Positions 56,351 through 64,000 of a stretch of DNA of 64,000 bases are shown piece after piece. The notes under the pieces are model-generated. The model had not been told where the DNA came from. It was given only the letters and a program-made list of their open reading frames with translations, and ran no database searches. Position 1 is the stretch's first letter, and every line of letters begins with the position of its first letter. Origin of the DNA: an uncultured Oscillospiraceae bacterium (GTDB lineage Bacteria > Bacillota > Clostridia > Oscillospirales > QAMX01); the NCBI GenBank assembly GCA_964515055.1, contig CAZEUG010000001.1, forward strand, positions 21,921-85,920, written 5' to 3'. The translations under genes and the position numbers were made by a program.

Positions 56351-56914
56351 ATGACAAACAAACTGAATCAAATGGAAGACAAAATTGAACACGTTCTGAT
56401 TTCTGAAGAGGATCTGGCTGCAAAGGTGCAGGAAATCGGTGCAAAAATCAGCGCGGACTACGCGGGCAAGCGCCCACTGCTGGTGAGCGTGCTGAAGGGC
56501 TCCATCGTTTTCATGGCCGACCTCATGCGCGCCATTACGATCGAATGCGATATCGACTTTATGAGCTGCTCCTCCTATGGAAAAGGGAAGACGAGCAACG
56601 GCGTTGTCCGGATTCTGAAGGATTTGGACAGTGATATCACCAACCGCCACATCATCGTCGTCGAGGACATCCTGGACAGCGGACTGACGCTTTCCTATAT
56701 TCTGGAGCTGCTCCGCACCCGCGGCGCGGCCTCCATTGCACTTTGTACGCTGCTGGATAAGCCGGAACGCCGCAAGGTCGAGGTCAAGGTGGATTATTCC
56801 GGCTTCACCATCCCGGACGAATTCGTCGTCGGATTCGGTCTGGACTATGCGGATTTGTACCGTAATCTCCCGTATATCGGTGTCCTGAAACCTGAAGTCT
56901 ATACACAGGCATAA
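56351..56914 (+). CDS. hpt: Hypoxanthine phosphoribosyltransferase
   Basis: PRPP motif IIVVEDILDSGLTLSY. Confidence 0.93.
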   Translation: MTNKLNQMEDKIEHVLISEEDLAAKVQEIGAKISADYAGKRPLLVSVLKGSIVFMADLMRAITIECDIDFMSCSSYGKGKTSNGVVRILKDLDSDITNRHIIVVEDILDSGLTLSYILELLRTRGAASIALCTLLDKPERRKVEVKVDYSGFTIPDEFVVGFGLDYADLYRNLPYIGVLKPEVYTQA

Positions 56915-56935
56915 TCATTTCCCGCATTTGCAGCC

Positions 56936-58866
<1,931 letters not shown>

Positions 58867-58867
<1 letters not shown>

Positions 58868-59754
58868 TGGCGCGCACAGTCCGGTTGACGGTGCCGGAAG
58901 CATACCATGGATGCAGACTCAGCACGTTCCTGCGCCGAACACTCGGCGCAGGAACGGCACTGTGCCAGACTCTGAAAAAGGACGAAAATGCCGTGCTGCG
59001 CAACGGCATTCCGTCCTTTTTGACTGTATTTGTCCAGAAGGATGATGTTATCCAGCTTCAACTGCCGGAAACCTTCGAAGAATGCGGCAGGGAACCGACG
59101 GTTGCGCCGGTCGACCTCGGTATCGGCATGGCCTATGAGGACGCGGACTATGCCGTGCTGATCAAACCGGCCGGTATGCCGGTTCACCCGTCCCGCGCCC
59201 ATGTCTATGACACCCTGGCCAATGATTTTCTGTTTCACCATCCATCCGTCGTCTTTCGCCCACTGACCCGGCTCGATTATGATACCTCCGGCCTCGTCCT
59301 GGTTGCTAAAAATCAATTGGCGGCAGAGGTTGACCGCAGCCGCCTGACGCGGATTTACTATGGCATCACGGACCGCCACGTCGCATCCGCAGGCGGCATC
59401 TGTGACCTGCCGATCGAACGCGAGACGGAGGGCAGCTGCCGACGTGCCGTTCGCCTGGACGGCAAACCTGCCGTCACACACTGGCGCACCGTGGGACGGC
59501 TGCATGGGCTGACCGTCCTGCGGTTTCGACTGGAAACGGGTCGAACGCATCAGATCCGCGTCCATTGTGCCGCGATGGGCTTCCCGCTCTGTGGCGATGC
59601 GCTGTATGGCGGCTCTATGGAGCAGATCGGGCGACAGGCACTCCATGCGGCCTACCTGACCTTCGAAAATATCATCACCGGCAAAAAGACGACGGTGAAG
59701 GCGCCGCTGCCGGACGATATGCAGGCGCTGCTACGCGAAAAAAATGACACCTGA
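58867..59754 (+). CDS. RluA-family pseudouridine synthase
   Basis: Catalytic HRLDYDTSG-like motif (TRLDYDTSGLVLVAK) and a HQIRVH motif. Confidence 0.88.
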
Positions 59755-59790
59755 ACCGTTTTATGTGCAACAAAATCAACGGTTCAGGTG
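59748..59790 (+). terminator. 13-bp perfect hairpin overlapping the rluA stop codon (terminator-like, weak U-tract)
   Basis: CACCTGAACCGTT, a 17-nt loop, then AACGGTTCAGGTG, followed by TATATTCT. Confidence 0.45.
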
Positions 59791-59832
59791 TATATTCTAT
59801 GAGCCAAAACAAACGGAGAGGAGGTGCCGGAC

Positions 59833-60208
59833 ATGGCAGAACAGACCGGATTGGAAGCGCTGTATGCGCGCCGGTTCGACCTCGTTGATCGGATTTGTTT
59901 TCTGTTTCTCAAAAATCCGAGCGATGCGGAGGACGCGACATCCGTCGTATTTCTGCGCGTTCTGGAATCGGCGGTGCAGTTTGCATCGGAGGAACATGAA
60001 AAAGCATGGCTGATTCGAACCACGCGGAATGTCTGCAAAAATGAACAGCGCCGCAAAGCGCGCCAGCACCTTTCGCTGGACGATGACCCTGCAAACCGCG
60101 ACCGGAAGACTGAACCTCATTTTCTACCCCAAGATTTCGTATGTCTGGGGCGGATACCGCGTGCAGCCGGATACCTGGGAACACCTGCAAACCATCCTCG
60201 CGGAGTAG
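59833..60208 (+). pseudogene. Sigma-70/ECF-type sigma factor remnant: region 2 only, probable frameshift or truncation
   Basis: AGGAGG RBS 8 nt upstream of the ATG at 59833. Region 2 motifs are present (DAEDATSVVFLRV, AWLIRTTRNVCKNEQRR). No region 4 HTH appears in any frame. The ORF-track frame runs through the terminator to 60270. Another frame stops at 60206-60208, just before the terminator. Confidence 0.45.
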
Positions 60209-60227
60209 CCGCCCCCCTGAAAACAAT

Positions 60228-60268
60228 CGACACCGCCCGATTTGACCAATCGAGCGGTGTCGTTTTTT
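60228..60268. terminator. Terminator between convergent sigma remnant and the DivIVA-like gene
   Basis: CGACACCGC...GCGGTGTCG followed by a T6 run. Confidence 0.8.
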
Positions 60269-60283
60269 GATGTATGAAACGTG

Positions 60284-60850
60284 TCAGGCATCCTGCTCGG
60301 ACGTGGCGTCCGACTGCGCGGCGGCGGATAAATTGCCGAGCAGCGAGCGCACGGCGGTCTGGAAGCCGGAGAGCTTTTCGAGCGATGCGTGCAGCTCCCG
60401 GTTTTCTGCGGTCAAGGCGTCGATCTGGCTGTTGAGCGCGTTGATTTGTGCATCGTCAGCCGTGGGCACGGGAACGGCGCAGAGATCGTCGGCCGCGCTG
60501 CGCAGACCGGAAAAAATGGTCTGAAACCGTGCATCCATGTCGGCTTTGGCGGCGTCCAGCGCAGCAATCCGCGCATTGGCCTGCTCCAGCGCTTCCCGCA
60601 GAGCTTCTGCTTCAGAACGCACCTGTGCCAGCTCCTGATTGGCGTGCGTCAATGCCGTGGATAATGAGATGATCTGCTCTTTCGTTCGCCGATGAGCCTG
60701 CTCAGAGGCGGAGAGGTCGGCGCGCAAATCGTCCAATTCCGAAATCTGATCCTGATTTTGCCGGGCGATATAGGCGACAACGTCCGATTTGTTAAATCCA
60801 CCAATCAGATTCTTGCGGAAAAAGACCTTTTTCTGCTCAGAACGCTCCAT
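60284..60850 (-). CDS. DivIVA-domain coiled-coil protein
   Basis: N-terminal FRKNLIGGFNKSDVVAYI (DivIVA-like lipid-binding motif) followed by long heptad-rich helices. The ATG at 60850 is better spaced from the RBS than the one at 60859. Confidence 0.7.
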   Translation of the reverse strand: MERSEQKKVFFRKNLIGGFNKSDVVAYIARQNQDQISELDDLRADLSASEQAHRRTKEQIISLSTALTHANQELAQVRSEAEALREALEQANARIAALDAAKADMDARFQTIFSGLRSAADDLCAVPVPTADDAQINALNSQIDALTAENRELHASLEKLSGFQTAVRSLLGNLSAAAQSDATSEQDA

Positions 60851-60926
60851 GCCGTGCATCCTTCTTTCTCAATTCGATTCCATATACGAACATTATACCA
60901 TGTTTTGCACGTTTGTGCAAGAGCTT

Positions 60927-61145
60927 CTATGAAACCGTCACACCCTTCAGCTCGTAGCCGGTCTCGCGTAGAACGGCCTGCAGCCGCACCATGTCCGGCG
61001 CTTCTGCCATATAAAAGACCGTTTCACCTTTTCTACGGGAAGACGAAACCTTTTTCACAGGGAAATGGCTGCGAATGGCATCATTGACGTGCGCTTCGCA
61101 CATTCCGCACATCATTCCATCAATTTTCAACGTGATTTTCAGCAT
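60927..61145 (-). CDS. Heavy-metal-associated (HMA) domain protein, CopZ-like (72 aa)
   Basis: MLKITLKIDGMMCGMCEAHVNDAI contains the GMxCxxC motif. RBS GAGGTGG. The longer ORF-track call to 61385 runs through a terminator and another gene. Confidence 0.8.
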   Translation of the reverse strand: MLKITLKIDGMMCGMCEAHVNDAIRSHFPVKKVSSSRRKGETVFYMAEAPDMVRLQAVLRETGYELKGVTVS

Positions 61146-61186
61146 GAATTCCACCTCACTTTCTGCTGCCTGATTCGATTGCGGGT

Positions 61187-61222
61187 AAAAACAGAGGCGC
61201 ACCCGGAACGGATGCGCCTCTG
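61187..61222 (-). terminator. Rho-independent terminator after the feoB-associated small gene
   Basis: On the minus strand: CAGAGGCGCA-loop-TGCGCCTCTG followed by a T5 run. Confidence 0.85.
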
Positions 61223-61227
61223 CTGTG

Positions 61228-61398
61228 TCAGGTTTTGTGACAGGAGCCGGACATTGCACAATGCGCACAATTGCCGCCACAGGGAGATTTCCCTTTTTTA
61301 CGGTCACGGACGAGAACGAAGACGATGGCGGCAACAACCAACAGAAGAACCAGACAGATGAGAATGGTTCCGATGTTTGCAGCAATCCATGAGAACAT
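61228..61398 (-). CDS. FeoB-associated Cys-rich small membrane protein (56 aa, below the ORF-track cutoff)
   Basis: Own translation: MFSWIAANIGTILICLVLLLVVAAIVFVLVRDRKKGKSPCGGNCAHCAMSGSCHKT. RBS AAAGGAG 8 nt upstream. Lies directly after feoB. Confidence 0.8.
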   Translation of the reverse strand: MFSWIAANIGTILICLVLLLVVAAIVFVLVRDRKKGKSPCGGNCAHCAMSGSCHKT

Positions 61399-61424
61399 AA
61401 GCGGGACTCCTTTTCAAAATGGAA

Positions 61425-63914
61425 TTACACTCTGACGTTTTTCTTCAACGTGGTGGCTTCGTGATACGGACGGAAGAGCAGATAGATCATACCGGCCAGC
61501 AGGGCAAAGGCGACGATCAGACCGATCACGGAGACGTTCCCTGTGAAGATGCCGCCGAACTGATTGACCATCAGCGAGATCACATAGGCGAAGCCGCACT
61601 GATAACCAATGGCGAACCATGTCCATTTGGCGTTGTTCATTTCGCGACGGATGGCGCCGATGGCTGCAAAGCACGGGGCGCACAGCAGGTTGAAGATGAG
61701 GAAGGAATAGGCGGTCAGACCGGTGAATGCAGCGGCCAGCGCCTGATAGACGGAACCGTCTCCGCCGCCGTAGAGAATGCCGAGCGTGCCGACGATATTT
61801 TCCTTGGCGACCAGACCGGTGATCGATGCGACAGCGGCCTGCCAGTTGCCCCAGCCGAGCGGTGCAAAAATCCAGGCAATCGCGCCGCCGATCTTTGCGA
61901 GGATGGAGCAGTCAATTTCGTCCTCCGACAGCATCCGGAATCCGTCTTCGGCCCAGCCGAAGTAGGTGGCGAACCAGACAAAAATCGTGGACAGGAGGAT
62001 GATCGTCCCGGCTTTCTTGATGAATGACCAGCCGCGCTCCCACATGGAACGGAGAACGTTGCCGAGCGTCGGCCAGTGGTAAGCCGGAAGCTCCATGACA
62101 AACGGAGCCGGATCCCCGGCGAACATTCGCGTTTTCTTCAGGATGATACCGGAAATGATGATGGCGAGCATACCGATGAAGTAGGCGGAGGTGGAAACCC
62201 AGGCTGAGTTGCCGAAGAGCGCACCGGCAATCATGGCGATGAAGGGCACCTTTGCGCCGCAGGGGATGAACGTGGTGGTCATGATTGTCATACGGCGGTC
62301 GCGCTCGTTTTCGATGGTACGTGAGGCCATGATACCCGGGATACCGCAGCCGGTGCCGATCAGCATCGGGATGAAGGACTTGCCGGACAGACCGAATTTG
62401 CGGAAAATGCGGTCGAGGACAAACGCGATACGCGCCATATAGCCGCAGGCTTCCAGAAATGCGAGCAGGAGGAAGAGCACGAGCATCTGTGGGACAAAGC
62501 CGAGAACAGCGCCGACACCGGCGACAATCCCGTCATTGATCAGACCGGCGAGCCAGTCCGGAGCGTTGGCGCTGTCCAGCAGGTCGCCCACCAGCACGGG
62601 GATGCCGGGCACCCAGACGCCAGAGTCGGCCGGATCCGGTGCTTCAAAGCCGTTGACCTCGAAGTATTCAACGGCTTCCAGATAGGAAACACCGATTGTG
62701 AATTCTCCGTCGGCATCGGCCGGAATGGTGTCGTAGTAAACGAACCATTCAGACTCCGCCAACGTTTCTTCATCTTCCAGCGTGATGCTGGAGAAAGCGT
62801 CTTCTGTCCGGAAGGACTTGATTTCTGACAGAACGGCGTCTGCGTCAAAATCCTCGCCTTCCGGATCCACTTCGACAAAACCGTTGATGGCGTTCAATGC
62901 GTCTTCGTATGCGCCGGAGGCTTCTTCCGCTGCGGCCGAACCGATGCCAAACAGATGCCAGCCATCGCCGAACACGCCGTCATTCACCCAGTCGGTCGCC
63001 ATGCTGCCGACGGTGACCATGGAGAGGTAATATACAAGGAACATTACAATGGCGAAAATCGGAAGTCCCAGCCAGCGGTTTGTGACGACTTTGTCGATGC
63101 GGTCGGAGGTGGAGAGCTTGTTGTGATTCTTTTTCTGGTAGCACGCCTTGATCACCGTGGCAATGTACAGATAGCGCTCGTTGGTAATGATCGATTCCGC
63201 ATCGTCATCCAGCTCCGCTTCTACCGCACGAATGTCGCTTTCAATGTGCGACAGCACCGCCGGATCGATGGAGCGCGCCGACAGCACCTGACTGTCGCGC
63301 TCAAAAATCTTGATGGCGTACCATCTCTGCTGCTCCTCCGGGAGACCGTGGACAGCCGCTTCTTCAATATGCGCAATCGCGTGCTCAACGGAACCGGAGA
63401 AGGTGTGCATCGGAACGGTTTTCCCGCCCCTGGCCGCCTGAATGGCCGCTGTGGCCGCTTCCATGACGCCGTTGCCCTTCAATGCGGAAATCTCAACAAC
63501 CGGACAGCCCAGCTGCCGGGACAGCTCCGCCGTATTGATGCGGTCGCCGTTCTTCCGGACAACATCCATCATGTTGATCGCGACAACCACCGGAATGCCA
63601 AGCTCCGTCAGCTGCGTAGTCAGGTACAGGTTGCGCTCCAGGTTGGTACCGTCAATGATGTTCAAAATGGCGTTGGGACGCTCGTCGATCAGATAGTTTC
63701 GTGCGACAACCTCCTCCAGCGTGTAGGGGGAGAGGGAATAAATCCCCGGCAGGTCGGTGATGATGACGCCCTCGTGTTTTTTGAGCCTGCCTTCTTTTTT
63801 CTCAACGGTAACGCCCGGCCAGTTCCCAACAAACTGGTTGGAACCGGTCAACGCGTTGAACAGGGTCGTCTTACCGGAGTTTGGGTTCCCGGCAAGAGCA
63901 ATTCGTAAATCCAT
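61425..63914 (-). CDS. feoB: Ferrous iron transporter FeoB (long form, 829 aa)
   Basis: G-domain LAGNPNSGKTTLFNALTG and DLPGIYSL, plus the polytopic C-terminal permease domain. Confidence 0.95.
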   Translation of the reverse strand: MDLRIALAGNPNSGKTTLFNALTGSNQFVGNWPGVTVEKKEGRLKKHEGVIITDLPGIYSLSPYTLEEVVARNYLIDERPNAILNIIDGTNLERNLYLTTQLTELGIPVVVAINMMDVVRKNGDRINTAELSRQLGCPVVEISALKGNGVMEAATAAIQAARGGKTVPMHTFSGSVEHAIAHIEEAAVHGLPEEQQRWYAIKIFERDSQVLSARSIDPAVLSHIESDIRAVEAELDDDAESIITNERYLYIATVIKACYQKKNHNKLSTSDRIDKVVTNRWLGLPIFAIVMFLVYYLSMVTVGSMATDWVNDGVFGDGWHLFGIGSAAAEEASGAYEDALNAINGFVEVDPEGEDFDADAVLSEIKSFRTEDAFSSITLEDEETLAESEWFVYYDTIPADADGEFTIGVSYLEAVEYFEVNGFEAPDPADSGVWVPGIPVLVGDLLDSANAPDWLAGLINDGIVAGVGAVLGFVPQMLVLFLLLAFLEACGYMARIAFVLDRIFRKFGLSGKSFIPMLIGTGCGIPGIMASRTIENERDRRMTIMTTTFIPCGAKVPFIAMIAGALFGNSAWVSTSAYFIGMLAIIISGIILKKTRMFAGDPAPFVMELPAYHWPTLGNVLRSMWERGWSFIKKAGTIILLSTIFVWFATYFGWAEDGFRMLSEDEIDCSILAKIGGAIAWIFAPLGWGNWQAAVASITGLVAKENIVGTLGILYGGGDGSVYQALAAAFTGLTAYSFLIFNLLCAPCFAAIGAIRREMNNAKWTWFAIGYQCGFAYVISLMVNQFGGIFTGNVSVIGLIVAFALLAGMIYLLFRPYHEATTLKKNVRV

Positions 63915-63955
63915 CTCTGAAATCCTCTCTTTCTGTCAGGTACGGCATCCGTACA

Positions 63956-64000
63956 TCATTCAATCTCGATCATTTCGGCATCCGCTTTTCTGAGCGACAG
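63956..64000 (-). CDS. feoA: FeoA, C-terminal fragment (gene continues beyond the window)
   Basis: The minus-strand frame reads ...LSLRKADAEMIEIE*, typical of the FeoA C-terminus, immediately upstream of feoB. Confidence 0.6.
   Translation of the reverse strand: MSLRKADAEMIEIE

Noticed and set aside
60026-60208. 59-codon alternative-frame ORF (MSAKMNSAAKRAS...HLQTILAE) overlapping the 3' part of the sigma gene, considered as an independent small gene.
   Set aside because: It has no RBS and no recognisable motif. It is more economically explained as the downstream frame of a frameshifted sigma gene, and is reported under that finding.

Overview
A GC-rich, Firmicutes/Clostridia-style chromosomal window. 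The lineage guess rests only on gene order, GGAGG ribosome-binding sites and TTGACA/TATAAT promoters. About 59 protein genes are called, with strong operon structure. Most of the window is core housekeeping:
- Cell-shape genes: zapA-maf-mreC-mreD-PBP2-minD-mgsA.
- Ribosomal and transcription genes: rpmG-secE-nusG-rplK-rplA-rplJ-rplL.
- RNase J.
- A minus-strand block of mfd with a PrsA-like lipoprotein and a D-Ala-D-Ala carboxypeptidase.
- pdxK, an LD-carboxypeptidase, a four-subunit 2-oxoacid:ferredoxin oxidoreductase and ldh.
- yggS, an RNHCP protein, PBP1A, murB, whiA, dnaE, dnaB, tilS, hpt, ftsH and rluA.
- feoA-feoB at the right edge.

I found no rRNA, tRNA, CRISPR array, transposase or integrase.

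Four things stand out:
1. A perfect 857-bp head-to-tail tandem duplication (43164-44877). It builds a second complete transcription unit encoding an in-frame chimera of the yggS 5' part and the last 16 codons of the upstream oxidoreductase.
2. A tightly coupled seven-gene operon (2-8683). Two pairs of ABC permeases enclose a surface NHL-propeller/TPR protein, a Yip1-like membrane protein and a 983-aa secreted protein of unknown function.
3. A terminator-bounded, apparently cytoplasmic cluster (37438-43214) of three Gfo/Idh/MocA oxidoreductases, a xylose-isomerase-like TIM barrel and a sulfatase-fold enzyme. The sulfatase-fold enzyme has Thr-x-Pro-x-Tyr where the formylglycine motif should be.
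4. A long structured leader in front of rnj that begins with a perfect 17-bp 5' hairpin.

Smaller oddities are listed under findings. All calls come from reading the sequence and the ORF track; no database search was possible.
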